From Shimia sp. (lineage in GTDB: Bacteria; Pseudomonadota; Alphaproteobacteria; Rhodobacterales; Rhodobacteraceae): a stretch of 64,000 nt of DNA. Within the stretch, counting starts at the first letter, position 1. The number at the start of each line of letters is the position of its first letter. Under the pieces are notes generated by a model, which searched no databases, had not been told where the DNA came from, and worked only from the letters and a program-made list of their open reading frames with translations. The stretch lies in contig NZ_JAGDZB010000001.1 of assembly GCF_049116215.1 (NCBI RefSeq), forward strand, positions 459,678 through 523,677, read 5' to 3'. Of this stretch, positions 39,384 to 49,462 are shown piece after piece. A program made the translations under genes and the position numbers.

Positions 39384-39977
39384 ATGTCAAAACGAGCCAT
39401 GGCCAAAGCAGTTCAACAACGCACCCTCAAAACCCGCGCCAAGCTTCTGGACGCGGCTCAAGCCGTGATCTCAGAGAGCGGCTATGAAGCCATGCGGGTA
39501 GAAGAGGTGGTGCTGCGCGCAGGCGTCGCCAAAGGCACTTTTTTCTCTCATTTCAAAGACAAAGACGCGTTGATGGACCAACTGATTGGTGCAGAAATCG
39601 ACCGTCATCTGGATGGCATCGAAGCGCTGGACGCGCCCACATCCATCGCCGAGATGGCCAACGCCATGATGCCGCTGATCACGTTCATGACCTGTGAGCG
39701 CTATGTCTTTGATGTGATTCTGCGCCACTCCGGCGCGGCGGCCAACGCGGACATCGGCCCCATCGCCATGACCTTTGGCCGCCACGCAGAGGTGGTTACC
39801 AAATGGCTCTGGGACAAACCCTTCCGCAAGGACATCTCCGCCGAACTACAAGCGGAAGGTGTGCAGGCCTTTATGGTGCAGGCGATTTCCCTGATGTTCT
39901 GCAGTCTGCACAACTCCGTGTCCCCGCGCGAACGGCTGGAGACCTATCTCACTGCCTGGCTGATGCCGACGGCCTGA
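39384..39977 (+). CDS. TetR/AcrR family transcriptional regulator
   Basis: N-terminal HTH: AGVAKGTFFSHFKDKDAL. Confidence 0.95.
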   Translation: MSKRAMAKAVQQRTLKTRAKLLDAAQAVISESGYEAMRVEEVVLRAGVAKGTFFSHFKDKDALMDQLIGAEIDRHLDGIEALDAPTSIAEMANAMMPLITFMTCERYVFDVILRHSGAAANADIGPIAMTFGRHAEVVTKWLWDKPFRKDISAELQAEGVQAFMVQAISLMFCSLHNSVSPRERLETYLTAWLMPTA

Positions 39978-39979
39978 AG

Positions 39980-41023
39980 TCAAGCCGCCACCCGCACCAG
40001 ATCGCGAAACACCGGACGGCCTTCTGCCATCTTGCGCCAGGTCTGCGCCTCATGCGCTTTCATGGTGGGCAAGGCCGTCTGCGCAAAACGCGGCTTCAAC
40101 CACGGCTTGGCCTCCAAAATCTGATCCAACTCGGCCCGCGCCTCCACGCCCAAGCTCTCCAATGCCTGATCGCCGATGAACAGGCTCTCCGCCTCGGCCC
40201 CATTGGCCTCCACAATGTGGTGACGGTCAAACATCAGGTGCACATAGTCCACGCCGTCGCGCCATTCCCGCCCGGGAATGCCCGGCTGTGGCGCCAGATG
40301 TTTGGCATGCGCAAAGGCGGCCTCAGACGCGGTCAACATCTCCACCTGCCAGCCGCGCAGCGCAATCCGGTGCTGTTGCGAAACCCACAAATCTTGGCTC
40401 GGCACCCCCGGCGCAAGGCTATCCGCATCAATGCACACCGGCCGCAGCCCTGCGTTCTGCAACATCTCGGCGTAGGAAAAATGGCTTTTCGCGACCCAGA
40501 AGACCTTGGCTGGCTTGCCTTTGGCGACACAGACAAAATCACCCGACTGCAGGCTTTCCACCGCGCGCGAACCGTCTGGTGTCGCGATCATGGTGCCAGG
40601 CAGAAAACACACCGGAATGTCTTCCGGATGCCGGTCTGGGTGTTTGACCACAAATTCCTCATCCTCAAACTCATTCATGTCCTCTTCGCTCGGATCCATT
40701 TCCGGGAAGAAAAACATCCGGGTCTCATCGCCCGGCTCGGGGTAATCCTGAATCGAGATCACCGCGATCTCCTGCCCCCAGAATTGCTCTGGAATGTCCT
40801 CGTCCTGAGGCACGGTTCCGGTCAGTTCAAAGATAAAATCATGGGCCTCGCCGTCGATCAGCACCCGCGTATCGGGATCGGGCTTGTTGTTATTGTCTTC
40901 AAGCACCAGATCGCCATCCTCGCCCTTAGGCACAAAGGTGATTTCCTTGGCCGGATCATCGGTGGGCTCAAATTGTTTTTGATTGCCGTGATTGTCGTCA
41001 AAACGACCCCAGAAACTGGACAT
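39980..41023 (-). CDS. Hint domain (bacterial intein-like) protein
   Basis: VCFLPGT.I.TPDG start, LWVSQQHR, YVHLMFDRHHIVEANGAEAESL. Confidence 0.9.
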   Translation of the reverse strand: MSSFWGRFDDNHGNQKQFEPTDDPAKEITFVPKGEDGDLVLEDNNNKPDPDTRVLIDGEAHDFIFELTGTVPQDEDIPEQFWGQEIAVISIQDYPEPGDETRMFFFPEMDPSEEDMNEFEDEEFVVKHPDRHPEDIPVCFLPGTMIATPDGSRAVESLQSGDFVCVAKGKPAKVFWVAKSHFSYAEMLQNAGLRPVCIDADSLAPGVPSQDLWVSQQHRIALRGWQVEMLTASEAAFAHAKHLAPQPGIPGREWRDGVDYVHLMFDRHHIVEANGAEAESLFIGDQALESLGVEARAELDQILEAKPWLKPRFAQTALPTMKAHEAQTWRKMAEGRPVFRDLVRVAA

Positions 41024-41329
41024 GGGCGACCTCCTTCTGCACGACAGACCTCCCAACGCCGCCCCATGGGTTGCAAGGCTCAGACACAAGACAAGAGGGC
41101 ACCGCCCGCAAAATGCAGGGTGCGGATGTTTCCTAAAAAACAGGCGCGACGTCAGTGATCAAATCGTGGATCGGGCGGCACGCAAGCGTGACAGCCCTCC
41201 CTCTATGGCGCAGATAAGAAGGCACTTCCCAAACGTAAAGACCCGCGCCAAAGCTTGGCGCGGATCCCAAATCTGTTGGCATAAATTCGCAAAACCTGCG
41301 GGCCAACCAGCCAATTTTTGCCGATTTGT

Positions 41330-41656
41330 TTAGCCGCCGCGGACCAAATCATCCTCTTCGTCGGTCAAAGACATGCCCAGCGCCTCCATGCCGTTTTCCA
41401 AGTGATCCGACAGATGAGGCGAGCCCAGCAGGTAATCCGCAGTGGGCACGGTGTTTTCGGTTTTGGCGGTCATGATCGCCTCGGCCAGGTCATCCGCCAT
41501 AAAGCTGTCCCGTCCAATCCACATCACCGCAACCAGGCCGGCCTGTTCATCTTCGTTCAAGCGATCAATAAAGCCGCGCAGCTCGCCTTCAGCCCGGTTC
41601 AACTCCCGCGACATCAGCACAACCTGCGCCACCTTCCATGCAGAAATCTCAAGCAT
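41330..41656 (-). CDS. DUF3775 family protein
   Basis: L..DEQA.LVA.MWIGR, YLLG.PHL.DHLE.G. Confidence 0.88.
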   Translation of the reverse strand: MLEISAWKVAQVVLMSRELNRAEGELRGFIDRLNEDEQAGLVAVMWIGRDSFMADDLAEAIMTAKTENTVPTADYLLGSPHLSDHLENGMEALGMSLTDEEDDLVRGG

Positions 41657-41743
41657 TTTTCGCGCCTCCAATTTGGTTTGGCCCAGTGTCCCCTCCAGCA
41701 TGCCCTACGTCTTTGACATGGCGCAAACTGTTTCTGTTGCATC

Positions 41744-41784
41744 GGGGCGCTGCCCCGGACCCCGGGATATTTGCAGACTGTGAA
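41744..41784 (+). repeat. REP-like intergenic element, copy D
   Basis: GGGGCGCTGCCCCGGACCCCGGGATATTTGCAGACTGTGAA. Confidence 0.6.
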
Positions 41785-41789
41785 TGACG

Positions 41790-43121
41790 TCAGCTGTCTG
41801 GTTTGGTCAAAGGCACCACTTTGTCGTCAGCCGTCTGTGCCAGCTCTTCAAAATCAAAGTTGTCGAGCCGCCGCGCCCGGCGCCCAGCTTTGTCAGCGCT
41901 GATCTTGATTTCGCTGATGTCTTTCGCCGCCTGACCAAAGTGGCGGTCAAGATTCTCCACACGCGTGCCCAGCCGCTCAACATCAGAATAAAGCAGCCCC
42001 AGTTCTTTGCGGATCGCGCCCGCCTGTTCTTGCATACGCGCGTCTTTCAAAATCGCCCGCATGGTGTTGAGCGTCGCCATGCAGGTGGTGGGCGAAACAA
42101 TCCACACCCGCGCTGCAAAGCCCTCACGCACCAGTTCCGGGAAATTGGCGTGCAACTCCGCATAAACCGCTTCGCTTGGCAGGAACATCAACGCCCCATC
42201 AGCGGTCTCGCCTTCGATGATGTATTTCTCGGAGATGTCTTTGATGTGTTTCTTCACCGAGGTGCGCAGCATCCGCGCCGCCTCATTGAGCTGTGCCTGG
42301 GTCTCCGCATTGCGCAGCAACTCATAAGCCTCCAGCGGGAACTTGCTGTCGATCACAATGGGTCCAGGCGGGTTGGGCAAATGGATCAGACAGTCGGCGC
42401 GTTTGCCGTTAGAAAGCGTGTGTTGCAGTGCATAGCTGTCGCTTGGCAATGCTTTGCCAACGATGTCATTGAGCTGAATTTCTCCAAACGCCCCACGCGT
42501 CTGTTTGTTGCTCAAAATGTCTTGCAGGCTGAGCACATCGCCGCTGAGCCGGGTGATATTCTCCTGCGCCTTGTCGATGGTGGCCAACCGCTCCTGCAAC
42601 TGTGTGAGCGAGGTCGCGGTCTGCTTGGCATTGCCGGTCATCGACAGGTTCAGCTTCTCCTGCATGTCGTTTAACGCGCCGCCGGTGCGCAGCTGCATAT
42701 TGGCCAGGCTTTCCTGCATCTGCAGCTGTTGCGCCGCCATTGTGTCCGCCATCTTCTGTTGCATGCTGGCGAGGTTCTCACCGGTGCTGCGCTGCACCTT
42801 GGCGAGGTTCTCATGCATGTTCACTTGCACCTCACCCAGCCGCTGCTCCATCAAGGTGGCAATCTGCCCCTGCGATTGCGCCTGCGCCTGCAGGTTGCCA
42901 TCCAGATGCGCCTGCCCGGTGGCCAGCTGATCCACCCGCTGCGCCATCTGCCCCATGTGCTGGGCAATCACCATCTCGGTCCGGTCCGCCCGCTTCTGCC
43001 CCGCGCTGCGCAGCATCAGGAACAACACGGTGAGCAACAGAATTGCCCCGCCAACGCCCCCAAACAAATAAAGCGCCATGGCCTCCATGTTGGCCATTGC
43101 TTCGTCCATACCTTCCATCAC
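41790..43121 (-). CDS. rmuC: DNA recombination protein RmuC
   Basis: N-terminal TM, coiled coil, [24 protein letters not shown]. Confidence 0.93.
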   Translation of the reverse strand: MMEGMDEAMANMEAMALYLFGGVGGAILLLTVLFLMLRSAGQKRADRTEMVIAQHMGQMAQRVDQLATGQAHLDGNLQAQAQSQGQIATLMEQRLGEVQVNMHENLAKVQRSTGENLASMQQKMADTMAAQQLQMQESLANMQLRTGGALNDMQEKLNLSMTGNAKQTATSLTQLQERLATIDKAQENITRLSGDVLSLQDILSNKQTRGAFGEIQLNDIVGKALPSDSYALQHTLSNGKRADCLIHLPNPPGPIVIDSKFPLEAYELLRNAETQAQLNEAARMLRTSVKKHIKDISEKYIIEGETADGALMFLPSEAVYAELHANFPELVREGFAARVWIVSPTTCMATLNTMRAILKDARMQEQAGAIRKELGLLYSDVERLGTRVENLDRHFGQAAKDISEIKISADKAGRRARRLDNFDFEELAQTADDKVVPLTKPDS

Positions 43122-45025
43122 GTCCGTCCAAACAGCCGCTCAATATCGGCCAGCTTTAATTCCACATAGGTTGGCCGCCCGTGGTTGCATTGCCCCGAAT
43201 GTGGCGTTGCCTCCATCTCGCGCAGCAACGCATTCATCTCTTCACCACGCATCCGCCGCCCCGACCGGATCGAGCCGTGACAGGCCACCCGACTGAGGAT
43301 CGCTTCCAACTTGGCCTGCACCAACATGCTTTCGCCCGCGTCATCGAGCTCATCGAGAATATCGAGCACCATCGCCCGTGCATTCACCTCGCCCAAAAGC
43401 GCAGGGGTCTCGCGCACCGCCACCGCGCCGCCGCCAAAGGCCTCAATTGTCAGCCCCAGCTTAGACAGCGGTTCTGCCACAGTCATGATCCGCGCACAGT
43501 CGCCCTCGGACAACTCAACAATCTCGGGGATCAACAAGGCCTGCGCCGCAACCCCGTTTTCCGCCATCTGGTGTTTGAGCTTCTCATAAACCAGACGTTC
43601 ATGTGCGGCGTGTTGATCGACAATCACCATGCCGGTCTCGGTCTGCGCCACAATGTAATTCTCATGCACCTGCGCCCGTGCTGCGCCCAAGGGCAGTCCT
43701 TCGGCCGGGGTCTCTTGCGGAGCCTCCGTGTCAAAAGTTTCCACTCGCGCAGAATAAGCCTCGGTCAAATCCGAAAAGCCTGGCTCCTGCGGCATTGGCG
43801 CCTGCGCCTGATAAGCCGCCGTGCGTGCGCCAAGACTTGGCCGATCCATTTGATAGACCCGCGCCTGCCCCGGTGCGGGCGCGCTTGGCGTGATTCCCAA
43901 AGCCCCCAGTGATGCCCCAACTGGCTCGGGCCGGAACAACTGCAACGTGGCCCCGGCGACCGTGGTCGACGCCCGATGCCCGGCTTCCGCCAACGCGTGA
44001 CGCAGGCTGGAGACAATCAGCCCCCGCGCCAATCCCGGATCGCGGAACCGCACCTCGGATTTGGCGGGATGCACGTTCACATCCACCAGATGTGGATCAC
44101 AATCAATGAACAGCGCCGCCGCCGGATGGCGATCCCGGCTCAGGTAATCAAAATACGCCCCGCGCAGCGCCCCAACCAGCAGTTTGTCCTTCACCGGACG
44201 CCCGTTCACAAACAGATACTGCGCCACCGACGAGCCCCGCGAATAGGTCGGCAAAGCCGCATAGCCAATCAGCCGCAACCCTTCCCGCTCCGCATCAATC
44301 TTCAGCGCGTTTTCGGCAAATTCCTTGCCCAAAATTCGCGCCAACCGGCCATGCAAAGCGTCAAACAGATCGCCATTTTCCGCCTCTACGCGGAAGGTCA
44401 CACGGCCTTCTCCGCCACCAGTCACATCGCGCAGCGTGAAGCCCACAAACGGCTCCGCCATCGCCAGACGCTTGACCACATCGGTGATCGCCTGCGCCTC
44501 CGCCCGATCAGAGCGCATAAACTTCAACCGCGCCGGCGTGGCATAAAACAGATCGCGCAGTTCCACGATGGTGCCCCCGGACAGCGCCGCCGGTTTCACC
44601 GCGCTCATCGCGCCACCCTCAACCGAAATCTGCGCCGCAGGCGCTTTGCCCACCCGGCTGGTGATGCTCAACCGTCCGACAGCACCCAGCGAGGGCAAGG
44701 CCTCTCCACGAAAGCCAAATGTGTGGATGTCGAGCAAGTCCGTGCCATCAATCTTGGACGTGGCATGGCGCGACAACGCCAGCGGCAATTGTTCCTCGGT
44801 GATGCCACAGCCATCATCGGTGATCCGGATCAGCGTCTTACCGCCATCAGCATAGGCAATCTCAATGCGCCGACTTCCCGCATCAATGGCGTTTTCCACC
44901 AGTTCTTTCACTGCAGAAGCTGGCCTTTCGACCACCTCACCGGCGGCAATCCGGTTGATCGCGGCATCATCAAGTTGCCGAATGACCGGCAAATCTTGGC
45001 TTATATTGGGGTTATCCACAGACAT
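43118..45025 (-). CDS. mutL: DNA mismatch repair endonuclease MutL
   Basis: [39 protein letters not shown]. Confidence 0.98.
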   Translation of the reverse strand: MSVDNPNISQDLPVIRQLDDAAINRIAAGEVVERPASAVKELVENAIDAGSRRIEIAYADGGKTLIRITDDGCGITEEQLPLALSRHATSKIDGTDLLDIHTFGFRGEALPSLGAVGRLSITSRVGKAPAAQISVEGGAMSAVKPAALSGGTIVELRDLFYATPARLKFMRSDRAEAQAITDVVKRLAMAEPFVGFTLRDVTGGGEGRVTFRVEAENGDLFDALHGRLARILGKEFAENALKIDAEREGLRLIGYAALPTYSRGSSVAQYLFVNGRPVKDKLLVGALRGAYFDYLSRDRHPAAALFIDCDPHLVDVNVHPAKSEVRFRDPGLARGLIVSSLRHALAEAGHRASTTVAGATLQLFRPEPVGASLGALGITPSAPAPGQARVYQMDRPSLGARTAAYQAQAPMPQEPGFSDLTEAYSARVETFDTEAPQETPAEGLPLGAARAQVHENYIVAQTETGMVIVDQHAAHERLVYEKLKHQMAENGVAAQALLIPEIVELSEGDCARIMTVAEPLSKLGLTIEAFGGGAVAVRETPALLGEVNARAMVLDILDELDDAGESMLVQAKLEAILSRVACHGSIRSGRRMRGEEMNALLREMEATPHSGQCNHGRPTYVELKLADIERLFGRT

Positions 45026-45142
45026 AGTGCCAAATCTAGCATGTTCTCGTTTGATTCTACCACCAAGTTTGCAGAGATCCGCAGTCGCTTTTTGCCATCC
45101 CCGTGTCGCTCTTTCTCTGGACAGGGCACCACGGTCGCCGCA

Positions 45143-45158
45143 TAATTTGATCAAATTT
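45143..45158. promoter_or_regulatory. Palindromic operator TAATTTGATCAAATTT upstream of the aminotransferase
   Basis: Perfect 14-bp palindrome at 45144-45157; matches the copy at 59241 at 15 of 16 positions. Confidence 0.75.
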
Positions 45159-45201
45159 TTTGACCCGCAGGAATCACCCCTGCGCCCAAGGGAGCACAGC
45201 C

Positions 45202-46554
45202 ATGAAAGACGACAACTTCCTGACGGAAAACAACGCCCGCCACCTCTGGCATCCGATGGGCGCCCCCGCCGATGCGCACAGCACCCCGCCCAAGATCATC
45301 AAAGGTGCGGAAGGCGTGAACATCACCGACATCGACGGCCACTCTACCGTGGACGCCGTGGGCGGCTTGTGGTGCGTGAACCTCGGCTACTCCAACGACG
45401 TGGTGAAAGAGGCCATCTCCAAACAGCTTTATGATCTGCCGTATTACTCTGCTTTCGCGGGCACCTCGAACCCACCGGCCATCGAGGCTTCTTATGCGGT
45501 GCGCGAATTCTTCGCCGAGGACGGCATGTCCCGTGTGTTCTTCACCTCCGGTGGCTCAGACTCGGTGGAAACCGCCCTGCGTCTCTCCCGCCAGTACCAC
45601 CGTCTGCGCGGCGAGCCGACGCGCACCAAGTTCATCAGCCTCAAGAAAGGCTACCACGGCACCCACTTTGGCGGCGCATCCGTGAACGGCAACAACCGTT
45701 TCCGCATCAACTACGAACCGCTGCTGCCCGGCTGTTTCCACCTGCCGTCGCCCTACACCTACCGCAACCCGTTCAACGAAAGTGACTCGGCCCAGCTGGC
45801 GCAGACCATCGCCGCCGCCTTTGAGGACGAGATTGCGTTCCAGGATCCCAAAACCATCGCCGCTTTCATCATGGAGCCAATTCAAGGCGCGGGTGGTGTG
45901 ATCGTGCCAGACGCGAGCTTCATGAAGCTCATGCGCGAGATTTGTGACCGTCACGGTATCCTGATGATTTCTGACGAAGTCATCACCGGCTTTGGCCGCA
46001 CCGGCGATTGGTCCGGTGCGCGGCACTGGGGTGTGCAGCCTGACATGATGACCACCGCCAAGGGCATCACCTCCGGCTACTTCCCGGTTGGTGCTTGCAT
46101 GGTGGGCGACAAAGTCGCCGACGTATTTGAAAACGACCAAACCGGCGAAGCGGGCATCTTCCACGGCTACACCTACTCCGCCCATCCGGTTGGCTCCGCC
46201 GCCGTAATCGCCACTTTGGCAGAGACCACCCGTCTTGATCTCAAAACCAACGCCGCCGCCCGTGGCACGCAGCTGTTTGAAGGTGTGAAAAAGCTGGCTG
46301 AGAAATACGACATCATCGGCGACGTGCGGGGCGGCCACGGCCTGATGACCGGCATCGAGTTGGTCTCTGACGCCGCCGCCAAAACCCCGATGGACATGGC
46401 CACCATGAAGAAGATCCACGAGGCCACCTATCAGGCTGGCTCCATGGTACGCCTTGGCGCGCACAATGTGCTGATGTCTCCACCGCTGACCATTTCCGAG
46501 GGTGAGGTGAACACCATCCTCTCCGCTTTGGACACCGGTTTCGCCGCCGCCTAA
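45202..46554 (+). CDS. Class III (omega) PLP-dependent aminotransferase
   Basis: [47 protein letters not shown]. Confidence 0.95.
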   Translation: MKDDNFLTENNARHLWHPMGAPADAHSTPPKIIKGAEGVNITDIDGHSTVDAVGGLWCVNLGYSNDVVKEAISKQLYDLPYYSAFAGTSNPPAIEASYAVREFFAEDGMSRVFFTSGGSDSVETALRLSRQYHRLRGEPTRTKFISLKKGYHGTHFGGASVNGNNRFRINYEPLLPGCFHLPSPYTYRNPFNESDSAQLAQTIAAAFEDEIAFQDPKTIAAFIMEPIQGAGGVIVPDASFMKLMREICDRHGILMISDEVITGFGRTGDWSGARHWGVQPDMMTTAKGITSGYFPVGACMVGDKVADVFENDQTGEAGIFHGYTYSAHPVGSAAVIATLAETTRLDLKTNAAARGTQLFEGVKKLAEKYDIIGDVRGGHGLMTGIELVSDAAAKTPMDMATMKKIHEATYQAGSMVRLGAHNVLMSPPLTISEGEVNTILSALDTGFAAA

Positions 46555-46753
46555 AACCTCTGCGGCTCGGGGCTTATCGCTCCGGGCCGCTTACACCGCA
46601 GGCCCGTTAACCTAACGAGAACGTCAATTTTTGCACCTCCGCAAAACAGTCGCGATACCGACGTCATACCGACGTGCCATCCGGCCAAGCTAGCTGCGTT
46701 AACCTTTGAGCCGCGCCGTTATTTGCCGACAAGTTTTCCTGTAAGGGTTTTCT

Positions 46754-46771
46754 TATTCCAATTTTGGAATA
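46754..46771. promoter_or_regulatory. Palindrome TATTCCAA-TT-TTGGAATA (ATTC-N8-GAAT, SqrR/BigR-like box)
   Basis: Perfect 8-bp inverted repeat about 35 nt upstream of the SulP start. Confidence 0.6.
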
Positions 46772-46805
46772 TATAGAGCGCACCAGCGACTCTCATGAGG
46801 CCCCT

Positions 46806-48539
46806 ATGCCACAGCAGCTCAAGCGTTACTTCCCGATCTTAGATTGGGCAAAAACCTATGACCGTCAGATATTTGGCGCCGACCTCATGGCCGCCGTAAT
46901 CGTGACGATCATGCTGATCCCACAGTCCTTGGCCTACGCCCTGCTCGCCGGTCTACCACCCGAAGTGGGCCTGTATGCCTCCATCCTGCCGCTGGTTGCC
47001 TATGCCATCTTCGGCACCTCCCGCGTGCTCGCCGTCGGCCCCGTCGCCGTGGTCTCCCTCATGACCGCAGCCGCCCTCGGAAACCTCGCTTTGCAAGGCA
47101 CCACAGAGTACCTGATCGCGGCCATCACTCTGGCCTTCATGTCCGGCGTCATGCTCACGCTCATGGGCCTCTTACGCCTTGGATTCCTTGCAAATTTCCT
47201 GTCCCACCCGGTGATCGCAGGCTTCATCACCGCCTCCGGACTCCTGATCGCCACCAGCCAGTTGAAACACATCCTCGGCGTCACAGCCCACGGCCACACT
47301 TTGCCCGAATTACTCACCTCACTGGTGACCCATTTGCCGGACACCAACCTCTTCACAGCTACCCTCGGTGCGGCCGCATTGGCCTTCCTGTTCTGGACCC
47401 GCAAAGGCCTCAAACCGCTTCTGCTCAAACTGGGCGTCGGTCCCCGCCTCGCGGACGTCCTCACCAAAGCCGGCCCCGTCGCCGCCGTTGCCGCCACTAC
47501 GATTTCCGCATATGCCTTTGATCTTGAAGGGAAAGGCGTGGCCATTGTTGGCACCGTTCCAACCGGCCTGCCGCCACTTTCAGCCCCCAGTTTGTCTCCA
47601 GACTTGTGGTCCCAACTCTTCTTGGCCGCACTCCTGATCTCGATCATCGGTTTTGTCGAAAGCGTTTCCGTCGCCCAGACCCTCGCCGCCAAACGCCGCC
47701 AACGCATCGATCCCGACCAGGAACTCATCGGCCTCGGCACCTCTAACATTGCCTCAGCAATTTCAGGTGGTTACCCGGTCACCGGCGGCTTCTCTCGCTC
47801 TGTTGTGAACTTCGACGCAGGCGCACAAACCCCCGCCGCCGGCGCCTTCACCGCCGTCGGTATCGCGGGCGCCGCGCTCTTCCTGACCCCGCTGCTGTTC
47901 TTCCTGCCCAAGGCCACTCTCGCCGCCACCATCATCGTCGCCGTGCTCAGCCTCGTGGACCTCTCGATCCTGCGCCACGCATGGGGCTACTCCCGCGTTG
48001 ATTTTGCCGCCGTTGCAACCACCATCGCGCTCACTTTGGGCCTTGGCGTTGAGGTTGGTGTCAGCGCCGGTGTAATCCTCTCCATCGCGCTGCATCTCTA
48101 CAAAACCAGTCGTCCCCACGTGGCAGAAGTTGGCCTCGTACCTGGCACGCAGCACTTCCGTAACATCCTGCGTCATAAGGTTAAAACCTCATCACATCTG
48201 GTTACGCTGCGCATTGACGAAAGCCTATATTTCGCCAATGCACGCTTCCTAAAAGACTACGTCTATGACCGCGTAGTTTGCGACCAACCCATCACCGACG
48301 TCGTGCTCATGGCCTCGGCCGTCAACGAGATTGACATGAGCGCGCTGGAAAGCCTGGAGGCGATCAACAGCCGCCTCAAAGAGCTCAACATCCGCCTACA
48401 CCTCTCCGAAGTCAAAGGCCCCGTCATGGACCGCCTCAAGCGCAGCCATTTCCTCGATGACCTCAGCGGAGAGGTCTTCCTCGCACAATATGATGCCTGG
48501 AGCCGCCTCGCCGGCGACAACACCCAACAAGCGGCCTAA
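46806..48539 (+). CDS. SulP family anion transporter with STAS domain
   Basis: PQSLAYA, GLYAS, ELIGLG..N, GGFSRS, RIDESLYFANA. Confidence 0.95.
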   Translation: MPQQLKRYFPILDWAKTYDRQIFGADLMAAVIVTIMLIPQSLAYALLAGLPPEVGLYASILPLVAYAIFGTSRVLAVGPVAVVSLMTAAALGNLALQGTTEYLIAAITLAFMSGVMLTLMGLLRLGFLANFLSHPVIAGFITASGLLIATSQLKHILGVTAHGHTLPELLTSLVTHLPDTNLFTATLGAAALAFLFWTRKGLKPLLLKLGVGPRLADVLTKAGPVAAVAATTISAYAFDLEGKGVAIVGTVPTGLPPLSAPSLSPDLWSQLFLAALLISIIGFVESVSVAQTLAAKRRQRIDPDQELIGLGTSNIASAISGGYPVTGGFSRSVVNFDAGAQTPAAGAFTAVGIAGAALFLTPLLFFLPKATLAATIIVAVLSLVDLSILRHAWGYSRVDFAAVATTIALTLGLGVEVGVSAGVILSIALHLYKTSRPHVAEVGLVPGTQHFRNILRHKVKTSSHLVTLRIDESLYFANARFLKDYVYDRVVCDQPITDVVLMASAVNEIDMSALESLEAINSRLKELNIRLHLSEVKGPVMDRLKRSHFLDDLSGEVFLAQYDAWSRLAGDNTQQAA

Positions 48540-49462
48540 GCCGCTGGCGCCCCGCTGCGATGCCGGTGGGGTGCAAAACACGCTGCCAAAGCAAGAATAA
48601 TCCCCGACACCGTCGCGATCATACCGGCCGCGCTGACCGCATTGTCAAAGCCCAGCCACAATGGCCCGTAACCGGCAAAGACATAGCCAAGAGCCGCAGA
48701 AAGCACTGCAAAAACAACGCTCCAGGCAACTTGATGCTCCAACCGGTTGGTCATCAACCGCGCCGCCGCCGGCGGGCAAATGAACATCGCGATCACAATG
48801 ATCGACCCCACCGCATCAAACGCCGCCACCGCCGCCAAAGCCGCCACCATCACCAACGCCACACCCAAGCGGTTGGTCGCAATGCCCATGGCCTGCGCAA
48901 AACTCTCGTCGAACGTGGACAACACCAAAGGCCGCCAAAACAACCACAAAAACGCACAAACGCCAAACAACGCGACAACCACACGTCCCAACTCCGGCGG
49001 CAATCCAGCTAAGGCAACGGGATCAAGCAGGCTTTCCCAGCCGATCGCGTCCAGCCAGATCAAGCTCTCCAAATTGCCATACAGCGCGTGTTCCACATCC
49101 AGATGGACGGAAGACGTATCACTTTGTTCCAAAAGCAAAACACCGGCCGCAAACAATGTTGTAAAGGTCAGCCCCATTGCTGCGCCGGGTTCGATATTGC
49201 CCAGCCGCCGAATGGCTTCAATCATCACCACAGACACCAAAGCCGCCCCCGCCGCGCCCAGCATCATTGGCGCGGCTGCCACCACGCCGGTGATCAAAAA
49301 CGCCACTACAATGCCCGGCAACGCCACGTGGGAAATTGCATCCCCAATCAGCGCCTGCTTGCGCAGCACTAGGAAATTGCCCGGCAAAGCGCAGGCCACC
49401 GCCGCCAACACACCAATCAGCATGGGGGTTAGGGACAGTGGGACAAATTCCTCACCACTCAT
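48536..49462 (-). CDS. mntD: Mn/Zn/Fe ABC transporter permease (MntD/TroD-like)
   Basis: ALIGDAISHVALPG, FDAVGSI. Confidence 0.85.
   Translation of the reverse strand: MSGEEFVPLSLTPMLIGVLAAVACALPGNFLVLRKQALIGDAISHVALPGIVVAFLITGVVAAAPMMLGAAGAALVSVVMIEAIRRLGNIEPGAAMGLTFTTLFAAGVLLLEQSDTSSVHLDVEHALYGNLESLIWLDAIGWESLLDPVALAGLPPELGRVVVALFGVCAFLWLFWRPLVLSTFDESFAQAMGIATNRLGVALVMVAALAAVAAFDAVGSIIVIAMFICPPAAARLMTNRLEHQVAWSVVFAVLSAALGYVFAGYGPLWLGFDNAVSAAGMIATVSGIILALAACFAPHRHRSGAPAA

Noticed and set aside
45124-45138. Sigma-54-like GGCAC-N5-TCGC before the aminotransferase
   Set aside because: It mismatches at both elements and has no counterpart at the ALDH promoter; too weak to call.
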